Assembly: GCA_965240325.2 (NCBI GenBank)
Contig: OZ251239.1
Location: 1,550,001 to 1,614,000, forward strand
Length of the DNA: 64,000 bases
From: Rebecca billardiae RCC1528
Lineage: Eukaryota > Protista > Haptophyta
Direction of reading: 5' to 3'
A model generated the notes under the pieces. It ran no database searches. It saw only the letters and a list, made by a program, of their open reading frames with translations, and had not been told where the DNA came from. Below, piece after piece: positions 42,892 to 55,161 of the stretch. The position numbers and the translations under genes were made by a program. Each line of letters starts with the position of its first letter. The stretch's first letter is position 1.

Positions 42892-44445
42892 ATGCGCGAC
42901 GCCAAGGCCGGCCTCTGCGCCTGCTGCGTCGGCGCGATCGGGCTCGTGCTCCACGGCGCGCTGGCGACCGTCTCGACGCCCGTGCTCTACAACCACTTCG
43001 CCGCCCTCTGGTTTGCCGCGCTCCTCGTGCTCGCCGGCAGCGACGTCGCGCTCACGAGCGTGGCCGGCGCCGCGCGCTCGCGCTCGCGCGCCGCCTACTT
43101 TGGCGCGTGCGCGTGCGCGTGCGCGGTCGCGGCCGTATGCTATGCGATCGACCTGCGCTTCGACATCACCGCGTGGGCGCTGCTGCAGCTCGCCCTCCTC
43201 GCCGCCGCCGCGCGTTCGGCTGCGCTCGGCAGCGCGCCGCCGGCCGCCGGGGCGACGAGCTCGGCCGGCATGTCCGACCTGCACGCGCGGACGGATCAGC
43301 CGGCGCGGGCGCGCCCGCGGCTCCGCGCGTGCTTGCACACGAGCCTGCGCGGCGCCCACCTCCTCCTGCTCCTCGTCCTCGCGTACGGCAGCGTGATCGC
43401 GGCGTACGCCAAGGGTGCGCACCCGGCCGAGGGCGAGGTGGCGAGCGTCGACGCGGGCGGCGGCCGCGCGCTGCGGCTGCACTACCACTGCGTGGGCCCG
43501 GCGCGTGGGTCGGGGGCGCCCGGCGTGGCGGGCTCGGCGCCGCCCATTTGGATCGCCTCCTCGCCCGCGCACGGCGTCGCCGACTTCCTCGGCCTGCAGC
43601 ACTTCCTCAGCGCGCGCGGCTGGCGCGCATGCAGTTTCGACCCGCCCGGCTTCGACCACTCGAGCCGCGAGCACGGCGCCTTCCACGCGCTGCAGGCGTA
43701 CCTGCCGCCGCTCGTGCGCGCGGTGGAGGGCGAGGGCGCGCGCGTCGTCCTGGCCGCGTGGGGCGGAGGCGGCTCGGGCGTCGCCGCCGTCGCCAAGGCG
43801 GGCTCGCTCCCGCTCGCCGCCGTGGTGTTCATCGCCGTCTCTCCGCCCGACCTCGAGTGGACGGCGCAGCAGCGCGCGCGCGGCCTCACCGACGCGCAGA
43901 CGGAGGCGTACCGGGAGGCGCAGCTCGCCGCGCGCGAGAGCCTCGCGCGCACGATCCTCGGGCTCGCCGTGCCGTGGGGGCTGATGCCCGCCTTCGTGCC
44001 GCTCCTGCCGCCGCCGCCGCGCTTCCACCCGCAGGCCAAGTACGGCGCACTGCGCGTCGCGGCGTGGCGGCCGAGCATGTGGGTAAGCCAGTACTGGGGC
44101 ATCCGCCACATGCGCCGGAGCGCGCCGGCGGACGACCCGCTGTACGCGGTGGGCGCGCTGCCCAGTGCGGTGCCGCTCGCGGCCGTGCTGTGCAGGCTGA
44201 GCGGCGAGCAGCCCTGCGCGCGCCGAGCGCCAGGCCGCGACCTCGAGGGCGCCGCGTGCGCCGAGGCCAAGCTGCGCGCGGGGCACGAGCTCAGCGAGCA
44301 GCAGCGGCTGGCGCGCAGGCTCGACCGCGGCGCGCGGCTCCTGTACAACACGGCCGATCACTGCAGCCTCGCACTGCCGGTGGAGGAGCCCAAGTGGACG
44401 GCCAACGCCGTCAGCGGCGCGCTCGAGGAGCTGCTGTCGCGCTGA
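42892..44445 (+). CDS. Multi-pass membrane protein with C-terminal alpha/beta-hydrolase-like domain
   Basis: About 5 N-terminal hydrophobic segments; LRLHYHCVG; ACSFDPPGFDHS; elbow region VVLAAWGGGG; late His (DHCSL). Confidence 0.7.
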   Translation: MRDAKAGLCACCVGAIGLVLHGALATVSTPVLYNHFAALWFAALLVLAGSDVALTSVAGAARSRSRAAYFGACACACAVAAVCYAIDLRFDITAWALLQLALLAAAARSAALGSAPPAAGATSSAGMSDLHARTDQPARARPRLRACLHTSLRGAHLLLLLVLAYGSVIAAYAKGAHPAEGEVASVDAGGGRALRLHYHCVGPARGSGAPGVAGSAPPIWIASSPAHGVADFLGLQHFLSARGWRACSFDPPGFDHSSREHGAFHALQAYLPPLVRAVEGEGARVVLAAWGGGGSGVAAVAKAGSLPLAAVVFIAVSPPDLEWTAQQRARGLTDAQTEAYREAQLAARESLARTILGLAVPWGLMPAFVPLLPPPPRFHPQAKYGALRVAAWRPSMWVSQYWGIRHMRRSAPADDPLYAVGALPSAVPLAAVLCRLSGEQPCARRAPGRDLEGAACAEAKLRAGHELSEQQRLARRLDRGARLLYNTADHCSLALPVEEPKWTANAVSGALEELLSR

Positions 44446-47168
44446 CCGAGGCAGCGACCACTACAGCCTCTGCCGAGAGATGACACCGTGCGGGCGCCGG
44501 CCGCGCCGCCGCGGGCTCGGCCCTCAGCCCTCAGGCGCCCTCGGCGGGCTTGATTCCGTCACGGGTGCGGCTCCGATACCCGACGCGGTCACTCGCTGAC
44601 TCCGCGCCGCGGGGCCCGGGATGATGCGGCGCCCGCGGCTGCAGACTCTCCGATCCGCGCCTGGATTAGTGAGACGGCCAGTACGGACTGAGCGCGCGGC
44701 GGATCGAAGCAAAACGACGACGACACTCGTATCGTGGCGAGCGAACGTGCGCGTATAGCACAGCTGCTCTACACACGGGCTCGGTTCGGCCGCGTCACTG
44801 CATGTGGCGCTATTGCGCGCGCATGTTGTAGGGCGTGACGGCGAGTCGGCTGAGGCAGCCGCCCGCCCGGGCGCCCGCGGCGGCCATCGTCGTTTGAACG
44901 CGCTCATCAACTTTGATCACATATGGGGGTACGCCGGCCTTTCTCGGTGACGATAGATACTGCTATGATATGGCGGGCCGTAGGTCCGCCCCTTGTAGTG
45001 CCCGGGAAAAAGATAAGAAAAAGAAAAAGAAAAAAGAAAATCGCCTCGCAAAGAAAAGAAAATCGCCTCGCTCACTGCCGGGTCGCTTCGCTCACTACCG
45101 GGCGCCCTCGCAGCTCCCACTGGGGACGCTCGGCCGAAAAAGAGTTGCGTCATGGCGCGGAGCGCATGGGCGGCGCGCGCCAAATCCAACGCCGGCGCGG
45201 ACATCGTGAGAGGACTCCCGAGGGGGGTTTTCGCCCGATTTGCGATTGCTGCCCTCGTCGTCTCGCGTGCAGGTCGAACGGGGGCGAAATCGACGCGTTT
45301 GGAGCGGTACGCTCGGCGCGTCGACACGATCGTGCGACCTGGGGCGGTCCTCGCCTGACTTGCACGTCGAGCGCTCGCACCGGCCATAGTAGCAAGCGCT
45401 GCGCATGACAGCCACCTCGCGTGATCCACCGTCGCGCGTCGGGCTCGGTGCGAGAAAGCCCTCATCACGAGGCGTCTCGCGGGCGGGAAGCGCCATCGCA
45501 CGCGACGCAAGATTTGGCGCGGCCTTCTGAACTCGATCGCCGGAATCCGCGCACCGGACTGTCGCGTGCCACAACTTCTCAAGGAACGGGCGCATGCAAA
45601 TCCGTTTGCGTACAAGACCCGGTAGCGATCATCTTTCGCGATCGCGGCCAAAGATCGCTCAACCCACGTCCGGCCTGCATTGCGTCGACGGTGGCCAATG
45701 CGACGGAGGCGCAGCGCAAAGCGGCGTACGAGGCGCACCGCACGCACCTGCTGGGTCTGCCGCCGTGGCAGGAATCGCGTCTTCGCGAGTCGACGACTGA
45801 GGCGACAGCGCGATACAACCGTTCCAGGGCGCTCACTCGCAAAGAGATGCAACGTCGCGCGTGCAAGATCGCCGCGCCATCCTCCACCATGGCACGGGCG
45901 CTGCGGGACGAGGCCGACGTCGTGAAGCCAGTGGCACATGCGCTGCGCTTCATGTGCCTGCTCGAGCAGCTCGTGCCCACCCTCGCCATCGCGAGTGGCA
46001 CACGCTCTCGCACTGCGCGCGCGCGCACCACCGAGAGCTCCTGATACCGCCGAACGTGCGAGTGCCGGACCTGGCGCGCGGAGCGGCGAGCGCCGACGAG
46101 CGCGTGCCCGGTGCGGACATTGGCATCCTGGCGACACACGATCTCAGCTAAATCAACATAGAGAGACAGAGAGACAGAGAGACAGAATTCGGTAGGATGC
46201 ACTAACTTCCGGACGACCTGAACAAATGAATCATGACATCACACTCCGCCACAACTTGAACTGTTTTCGTGTTTAGCTCCAAGAACAAACCGTCACCGTC
46301 AGGCGTACATGAGCACGCCGCCGTCGCACGGCAATCAGTTGGCAGTGCGTGCGCGCAGTCGAAGGCTCCGCGGGCACGATGACGAGTAGCGCAGTGGGTG
46401 CACGAATACACGCGCAATCACACTGTCGGTGAGCTCGCACCAGAGTCATCTGTCGCGTTATTATTCGTCAGTGCCGTCGGGTAGCTCACCATCATCTGTA
46501 TGTCGCATTGTTATTATTCGTCATCCTGCCCGTCAATCCGCTAAAAGACGCGAACCCGCTGGGGAAATATTGCGACAGCACTGGCACGGCCCGCCGACCC
46601 CCCCGCCCGCCAGGGCAGAGTTTATTCTCATATTATTTTCTGCTTCCACCGCCCACTAATATAAAGGCCGAGTGATTGATGCGGATTATTAGCAGCCGTG
46701 CCAGCTGCTACTAGCCTAGCCCCGGAAGCGTCAGTCGTGCCTTAATTAGCACAGGCGGACCGTGGCCCCATCGGCGGCGGCAGCGGCCACCTGACGCCGC
46801 GCGACCATGCGACGCGTCTGTCTGTGTTGATCACTCCGTCGGAACCTGCATCAGCCTCAGGTCTGGCAGCCGATGCGACCGGATCCGCTGCACTGTCGCA
46901 CTGGCACGAGCCGCCGCCCTCGCTTCTAGGCCGCGCGCGCCGCTCTCTGCGGCCGCGTCGCGGGTCGGATGGAGTGGCGCGCCCGGGGCGCACGCACCGC
47001 GCTCGCTCGCACCCTGGCGAGCCGAGCGCGGGCGGCTCGGGATAAATAGCCACGCGGCTTCTCGGCCGCTGCCGCGCGGACGGCGGGCAGCGCGCCGCCG
47101 AGTCGTCGCGTGTGTTTGAGCCTCTGGGGTCCGGAGTCCTCGGGGCGGGGAGGGTGCGCGGCACAGGC

Positions 47169-48432
47169 CTATCCCTTCTTGCCCCACCAGCACGACGGCC
47201 GCGCGTTTCCGAGCGCGTAGCTCTTCTTCTCGTCCGAGACGCGCAGCATCACCTTGACCACCTCCTTCTTCTTCTCCGTCGCCACCTCGAGCGCCTTCCC
47301 TTCCCACCAGCAGTCGTCCTCAAACACCTCGATCAGCTCGCCCTTGGTCGGCTTCCACTTGGGGCCGCCGCTCTTGGGCTGCTTCGGTCGCAAGCGGCCG
47401 AGCTCGATGCCCGACTCGGTCAGCTTCTTCTTCCCGTCCATGAAGTCGTCGAACTCGACGTCGTACCGCCCGGCCTTGCTCACCTTGGTCACCTGCGCGC
47501 GCGCGAGCGGCGGCGCGCGGCGGCACGGGCGGCGCGCGCGCTGAGCCGCGCCGCGCGCCGTGCTGGCCGAGCTTCCGCGCCCGCCCTCTCCGCCCCCGCG
47601 CCACGCGCACGCTCCCGCGCTCTCCCGCTCGCTCCCGCTCGCTCTGTGTGCGTGGCGCACCTTGGCGGGCGCCCAGCTGTACTCAAAGCCGTCCGACTCG
47701 CCCAGCACCTCGACCGACGCGCCGACCGCGTACTTGCCCGAGGAGGGCGCCATCTTGACGAGCTTCGACTTCATGTACTCGTCGATGAGCGTGTCGTCGA
47801 GGATGTGCGCCTCCGGCTCCCACGTGTTCTCGCGCGGGTTCAGTCCGGTCCACTTGATGAGGAACTCGGTCTCGCCCGCCTTGTTGGCCTTCACGCCGAC
47901 GATCCGCTCAACCTTGCGCACCTCCTCCTCCTTCTCCGCCTTGGGCGAGGCCTTCTTCTTGGACGAGGCGGGCGAGGCCTTGGACGCAGCCGCGGGCTTG
48001 CTCGCCGCCTTCGGCGCGGGCGACACCTTCGTCTCCTTGGCCTTGGCGGCCTTGGGCGCGGGCGCCGCCTTGGGCGCGGCCGCCTGCGCGCGCGAGCGCG
48101 CGCGTGCGCGCGCAGCGGCGGCGGCGCGGCCGTCAGCGCGCGAGGGCCGGCCAGACGGCCGAGCGTGCGCGAGGCACTCGCGCGCCGGAGCGCACCTGCT
48201 TCGGCTTCTTCGCCGCAGGCGCCGGCGCCGCGGTCGGAGCGGGCCGCTTCTTCGCGGCCTCGGATTTCGTGGCCCCATCTGGCTTGGGCTTGGGCTTCGG
48301 GCCCGGCTTCGCCCTCGGAGGCAGCTCGACCTCCTGGTCGGGATGCTCGATGCGCTGCTGCGCCATCATCACCACCTTGTCCATCTGCGTCGCCGTGAAC
48401 TTCTTCGGCATCACTGCCGCGGGCGGGGCCAT
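47169..48432 (-). CDS. Chromodomain plus tandem Agenet/Tudor protein; 3 exons, introns 48084-48195 and 47493-47660
   Basis: Chromo VERIVG..EFLIKWTGL..ENTWEPEAHI; Agenet VGASVEV..GFEYSWAPAKV..RLRP and GELIEVFEDDCWWEG; Lys/Ala/Pro-rich N-terminus. Confidence 0.88.
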
Positions 48433-49621
48433 GGTTGAAATTTCAAGTGGGTCCAACGATGGGCTCTCCAGCTTTCGGGCTTGGCACCGGTCACGCACAG
48501 GCCTTCCGCTGCGCTGGGTTTCGGTCGTTGTTGACCAGTGACCACGCTCGAGCACCGGACGCACACGCACGGCTTCACGCGACGGTTATCGAAACTGGAC
48601 GGGTTCGAACCTGGCCGATACACCCGGCCGCTCTGCGCGTGGTGGAGGTCGGGGCTAACCTCAGAGATCGGGCCCGTGACGAAACATGGCAGCGCCTCGG
48701 GACGCGTGGCCGGCGCTGGGGGGCGACACGCGTGGTGCTCGTTTGGCGTGGCGCGGTGTCGGACCGGTCGCGCGCTTGGAAGATGGACGCACCTTCACGT
48801 TGTTCGGGCACTCCCGCATCAGGTCTATGCACGCGCGTCTCTCTCGCCGCCCGCGCGGGGCTCGCTTTCACCCGCCGCCTTTGCACCCGCCTCACAATCG
48901 AGCCGCTGTAACTCGTTATGGGCGGGAATGGGCGGGCTCAGACGCATTCTGCGCGGTGGTCTAGTGGTATGTGAGAAGGTTGGATGCGGCCGTTTTCTCG
49001 TCGTGGCTTGTCGTCGCTCACACGCGTCCACTTGGCTACCAGTGCGCACTGCCTGTGACTGCCCGTGTGCGCACGCGCTCTGACATCTCGGCTGGGGAGG
49101 GATCGGCATGCCGGTGTCACGACGAGCCCGGGCACACGGAACTAATCGTCTACTCCCAAGCCGCGCGCACCTGGCTGGAAGTGGCTGGCGAGCAAGTTGG
49201 AACCGAATGCAATCATGATGGCACTCTACGCTCTGCTCAGCCTTGTCAGTGCGAGCACGACGGGAACGCCGTACGCGAGGCGAGGCGGCGCAATGAAGCG
49301 CGCCCCGATGGCGGAGAGCTCACCAACATGATCGAAGAGCCCGCCCGCACCCTCAGGTGTGGCCGCGGGGCGCGCGTCCGGGACCGCCTCAGGCCCCTGA
49401 GATTCGCCCCGGCCGCTCTGCGAGCATGGGTTCCCCATGCGCAGAGCGGTAAGGGTGTGTATGGCCAGGGTTCGAACGACTTCAGACTTCATTCACACTC
49501 CGACGCTAATCTGAGTAATCTCCGAGATCTCCGCGCAAAAAGGCGAAAGGACGCTGCACGAAAAGGTCGCCCTTCGCGCATGGCGACGCGTCGGTGACCC
49601 CGCGCCCCGCGTGCGGCCGCC

Positions 49622-51400
49622 ATGGAGCGGTACGCGATGCTCGAGAAGGTGGGCGAGGGCACGTTCGGGCAGGTGTTCCGCGCCAAGCTCCGCGAGACGG
49701 GCGAGGTCGTCGCGCTCAAGAAGGTGCGCCTCAAGCGCGCGGAGGACGGGCTGGCGGTCGCGACGCTGCGCGAGATGAAGGCCCTCGAGCGGCTGCGGCA
49801 CGCCAACGTGGTGCGGCTGCACGAGGCGTTCCCGCACGGGTCGAACGTGGTGCTCGTGCTCGAGTACGTCGCCAGCGACCTCGCGCGGCTGATGGAGCAC
49901 GCCGACGCGCCGCTCCCCGAGTGCCACGTGAAGGGGTTGATGCTGATGACGCTGCGCGCGCTCGGCGTCTGCCACGCGCACGGCATCCTGCACCGCGTGC
50001 GTGCGCACGCCGCGCGACGAGCGCCGCGCCGCGGCGTTGCGCGCGCGCGCGCGCGCACCGCGCCGGGAGGGCGCGGGCGGGGGAGAGTCCGCTGACTAAT
50101 ACGCCGCGGGCCGCGCCGTGCGCGCGCCGCCGCGGGTGGCTTGACTGCATCCACGGCGGGCCGCGCGCGCGGCGCGCCACTGTGCCCACCGGCGCTTCGC
50201 TTCCGGACGAGAGCGCGCGCGCGCCGCGCGACACGGAGGGAGAGTGGCGGCGAGCAACGCCCATGCCGCTCGCCCGGTCGGCTGCGCACACGCATGCACG
50301 CGGGGGCGCTTCTGCTGCTGGGGGTGCGCGGACGGCCGCGGCGCTCACCGCGCCGCCCTGCCCTGCCGCGCCCACGGCGGTGCACGCGGCGCGCTCCGGC
50401 GCTCCCTGCCCCTTGGCGCCCGCCGCGCGTGGCCCGCGGGCGCGGCGCGACGCGGCAGGACCTGAAGCCGTCCAACCTGCTGCTCACCGCGCGCGGCGTG
50501 CTCAAGCTCGCCGACTTTGGGCTGGTGCGCGCGCGGTGCGCGCGCACGGGCCGCCCGCCCCGCCCCGCCCCGCCCCGCGCGCGCGCGCCCGGAGTGCAGC
50601 CGGCACAGCGCGCGCGGGGCACGCCACGCCGCCGCGCTGCTCACGGGAGAGCGCGCGGTGCTCGGTGCGCGCAGTCGCGGCTCCACGCGCACGGCAAGGC
50701 GGCCGCTCCGCCGGACGAGCCGTACTCGCACCAGGTGGCGACGCGCTGGTACCGCGCGCCGGAGCTGCTCTTTGGCGCGCGCCGGTACGGCACAGGCGTC
50801 GACCTGTGGGCAGCGGGCGCGATCTGGGCGCAGCTCGTGCTGGGCGCGCCGCTCTTCCCCGGCGAGAACGACATCGACCAGATCTTCCGCGTCGCGGCGG
50901 TGCTCGGCACGCCGTCGGAGGCGGTGTGGCCCGGCGTCTCCGAGCTCCCGGACTTTGGCAAGGTGAGCTTCCCGCACTTGCCGCCCGTGCCGCTCGGCCG
51001 CGCGCTGCCGCGCGCGCCCGCCGCCGCGGTGCAGCTGCTCGACCGGCTGCTCGCGTACGCGCCCGCGCGCCGGCTGTCGGCGGACGAGGCGGCGGCCGAT
51101 CCGTACTGGTACGTCGCGCCGCCGCCCAGTCGTCCGCGGCAGCTGCCCGTGCCCGGCCGCGCGGGCGGGAGCGCGCCTGTGAGCGCGTGGCTGCGCGCGC
51201 CCACCGCGCCGCTCGACGACCCGCTGGAGCCGCTGCCGTGGGGCGCCGCCGCCGCCGCCGCCGCGAGCGGCGGCGGCGCCGGGCCGGAGAGCGCGAGCGC
51301 GGTCTGCGGTGACCCGGGCTCCGACTCGTCGCTGTCGTCGCTGGCCGACGCGGGCGCGGTGAGTGACACCAGCTCCGAAGCGCCGGGCCGGCGGCGCTGA
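49622..51400 (+). CDS. CDK20: Cyclin-dependent kinase 20 (CCRK/LF2)-like; 3 exons, introns 49997-50458 and 50525-50674
   Basis: GEGTFG; [20 protein letters not shown]; AFPHG; HR|DLKPSN; DFGL; [22 protein letters not shown]; [11 protein letters not shown]. Confidence 0.85.
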
Positions 51401-52308
51401 GGCGGCAATGGCCGCCGCGGATGTGCCGCGAGGCTGCGCAACTACTTGAACTTTCAATAATACTCATGCTGACTCCAGATGGTCCGGCCCGGGGCTCCGG
51501 GCGGTTGCCGTCGGCCCACCTGGCCGGCGAGGACTACGCCAGCTGATTAGGGCCCGACCGCTGCTTCTGACGAATATATTGCGATAAGGCACACGGCCGA
51601 GTCGCGCGGCGCCGGACGTCGCGGGCGGCCCGACCCGCGACCGCTCGCGAGCGCGACCGGTGCCGTCCGGTGTCAGTGACGCGCCGGACGTGACGGTGTG
51701 ATTGTCGCGCGCGCGGACTGAGTAGTGCTGATGAGTCGTCGTCGTAGTCATCGCTCAGCCCGCTCAGGGTCCTACTCAGGACCGCCGGACGACCGGGAGC
51801 ACGGCATCGTGAGTGGCGTGACCGTGGCCGCGCTCGGCGGTCACGCACTCACGATGCCAGCGCCAGCGGCACTCCGGTGCAGGGACTGTCAGGGTACGAG
51901 TGACAACATTGTCGCCCGTCGGGTGTGGCGAGACGGTCGGGCAGGGACCTGGCGGCCTGGCCGCAGGGCCGGCGCCGGTGGCGCGTGGCTCACGCTGCCG
52001 CGGCCGTCGACCATGAGAGCGGTAGCTACCATGCGCTTGATTTCGGAGTACTTCTACCCTTTCGCGAAACGCTGCTTTTTCTACATCACAGTATTGATGT
52101 TTGGGAGGATGATTCGACGGCCCTATGGGGGTACTGCCTCTTATTTTCTCAGTTAACTGCACTTCTCTGAGAACGATCTCAAGCCATCTCCCGTTAGTCT
52201 CAAACTTTGAATGATGAATCCATGCCTTACTGCTATAATATACTTTTACCGAACGACCGAACCCGCCCTAGTATAGTGCGGTAGTAGTCAATCAAGTGAG
52301 AGTGCTTG

Positions 52309-53437
52309 CAAGGGCGGTAAGGGCTGTCAACTCCCAGTGGCGGCGGTGGCAGAGGTTGGTCGCCGCTTCGTCGCTGCGCGGCCTCGCTCCAGCGACTAAC
52401 TCTCGTGGGCGCCCGCCCTGGGGGGCGAGTGGGGCGCGCACGGCGCGAGCTCCTGTGGCCGTGTACGCGCGCGCGGAGGCGGCGCGCGTGGCTGGGCAGG
52501 TGCTAAGGAGTGTATGTCGCCCTCCCACGCCGCGCGCCTTGCTCGCCGCCGCTTTCGCCGCGCCTCAGGCCAGCGCGCACGCGTGCGCCGCCTCCAGAGC
52601 CAGCCTCGGGCAATCGGCAGCCGCCCGCGCATGTGTGGTGCGCGGTCTGGTCGGCGCGAGTCGGTCGGGGCCATCGGGCGAGGCTCGCATACTATAGACG
52701 CGCGCCATGCTGCCTCGCGCCGCCGCGCGTGGGTTGTCATGGGTCGACACGCAAGCATCTTAGGTCTGACACGAACTGCAGCACGAATGCGAAAATGCTC
52801 ATGTTTGGACGCTCATGGAGACGCTGGAGAGCACAATAGACGCGCGCAGGCGACGAAGAGCGGGGCAATGCACTCATAGGACGCCGTACACGCGCCCAAT
52901 GCGGCCGCCTATCACGCGCATGTGCGCTCACTGTCACGTATTCGAGCTCATTTCTGCTTGTCGTGCATTCATCGATCAGCTTCCTTCAACAGCTTCACGG
53001 GATGGGACCGGGCCCATGCGCGGCGGCGCGAGGCAGCATGGCGCGCGTCTATAGTATGCGAGCCTCGCCCGATGGCCCCGACCGACTCGCGCCGACCAGA
53101 CCGCGCACCACACATGCGCGGGCGGCTGCCGATTGCCCGAGGCTGGCTCTGGAGGCGGCGCACGCGTGCGCGCTGGCCTGAGGTGCGGCGAAAGCGGCGG
53201 CGAGCAAGGCGCGCGGCGTGGGAGGGCGACATACACTCCTTAGCACCTGCCCAGCCACGCGCGCCGCCTCCGCGCGCGCGTACACGGCCACAGGAGCTCG
53301 CGCCGTGCGCGCCCCACTCGCCCCCCAGGGCGGGCGCCCACGAGAGTTAGTCGCTGGAGCGAGGCCGCGCAGCGACGAAGCGGCGACCAACCTCTGCCAC
53401 CGCCGCCACTGGGAGTTGACAGCCCTTACCGCCCTTG
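52309..53437. mobile_element. Non-autonomous foldback element, 425-bp arms, 7-bp TSD GTGCTTG (P/Galileo-like)
   Basis: 52309-52733 is the reverse complement of 53013-53437 (about 2 mismatches seen); termini CAAGG...CCTTG; gtgcttg at 52302-52308 and 53438-53444. Confidence 0.92.
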
Positions 53438-54118
53438 GTGCTTGGAACCTCTACGCCGATTGCCGTCATCAAATTGCAGAAATTGATGAAATCATCCAAT
53501 CATCTGTCAGTGATGACGTGTCGTGAAGATCGACGAACGACGTCCGCCCTATCTACTTGATCGACCGCAGCGGCACGCAATACCCGCATGAGAGTAGGCG
53601 CGTTTACTAGCCGTAGTATTGATACGTAGATAGGTCTAATTCACCGACTGTTTTCCGTCACGCGCGCCCCGACGCGACGGTCAGCTGAGCACAGCGACAC
53701 TGAGCGGCGGCGGCTCACGGCGCGCACCGGGACGCGTCTGCAGCCCAGCGCGGCCCGGGCCGGCGCCGGCGGCGCGAGTAGCGGCGCGCGCCACGGCTGA
53801 CCGCCGGGACTTGTACTCCGCCCGTCTCACGGCCGCCTGCACTCGGAATCGGCGAGTCCGGCGGCAGCGCACGGCGGCGGTCGGGCCGCGGGCGGAGAGC
53901 ACCCGTGGCGCAGCATGCGGCGGGCTCAGAGAGGAGCGGGCCCGCAGAAGGCACGATGCACATGCGGACAGGAAGAACTAGCCGCGCGCAGATCGAGGGC
54001 GTGCGGCGGGCGGTACGCCGAGGCGGCACTCGCCCGCCGCCCGGCCGGAGCAGCGTGGGCGCGCTGCCGGCGGGGGCGGTACGGGCCAGCCCCAGCGGGC
54101 GGGCGGGCGGGTAGCGGC

Positions 54119-54976
54119 TCACGTCGAGCCGAACGGCCGCGGCATCCCCCCGTGCGGGTTCGGCGCGTTGCTCGCCTGCCCCTTGTCCGGCCTCGAGCCG
54201 ATGATCTTCTCCGTCGCCGTCATCGTCTGCGCCACCATCATGTAGGGCACGATGTCGGCGGCGTCGCCCTCGGCGTTCGCGTTGTGCGCGTCGCGCATGT
54301 GCGCCATGTCGGCCTCGAACTGGCGCTTGTACGCGTCCACCTCCGCCTGCCTGCGCGCCAGCTCGCCCGGGTCCGTCACGTTCGCCATCGCCGACTCGAG
54401 CAGCGTGAGCGAGGCCACAAACTGCTCGTGCTTCTCGTCGACCTCGGTCTGCAGGCACTCGAGGCAGACCTTCTTGAGCTCGCGCTGGCACTCCTCCGCG
54501 GTGGGGCTCGCGGTGGAGCGGTTTTCGCGCTTGCTCCGCACGATGTTGCTCAGGAACATGCACGACTGCGCGCACGCGCGCGCGGCGCCGCGCGCGTGCG
54601 CGAGCGGCGCGCCTCAGCGGCGGCGCGCGGCGGCGCGCGGGGGCGCGCGGAGCGCGCGCGCCGCGCGCGGCGCGCACGCGGGCGCACCTTGGCGAGCTTG
54701 GACCAGAGGGTGGACACCTCGTTCTGCAGCCGGTCCCGGTCGGCCTTCACCGTATCCACCTCCTGCTGCAGCTGGCGCACCTGGTCGACCAGCCGCAGCA
54801 TGTCGTCCTCGCGTGGCCGGTGCTGGAGGCTGCACCGGCCCCGGTGGCCGTTCTCCTTGACGCACTTCTCGTCGCGGGCGCAGCGGACGCGGACCTCCGG
54901 GAGCGGCGGCGGCCGGCGCAGCACCACGTACTGGTCGCTGAGCACGGGGTGCGCTGGGTTGCGCATCGCGCCGGGC

Positions 54977-55009
<33 letters not shown>

Positions 55010-55161
55010 ATCGGCTGCTGCATCGGCTGCATCTGCTGGTAGCCCTGCTGCTGCATGGGCTGCATGGGCATCTGCTGCATGGGCATCTGCTGCATCCCCT
55101 GCTGCTGGTCATACCCCGGGTGGTAGATGAAGCCCGGGGGCGGCCCGTACGACGGCTGCAT
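54119..55161 (-). CDS. Gln-rich coiled-coil protein with a small Cys/His motif; 2 exons, intron 54566-54687
   Basis: Q/M/P-rich N-terminus; CARDEKCVKENGHRGRC; heptad region; intron restores frame to SCMFLSN. Confidence 0.72.

Noticed and set aside
48971-49597. ORFs in 48500-49600 and 55250-57400
   Set aside because: No recognisable domains and weak codon bias compared with neighbouring genes.
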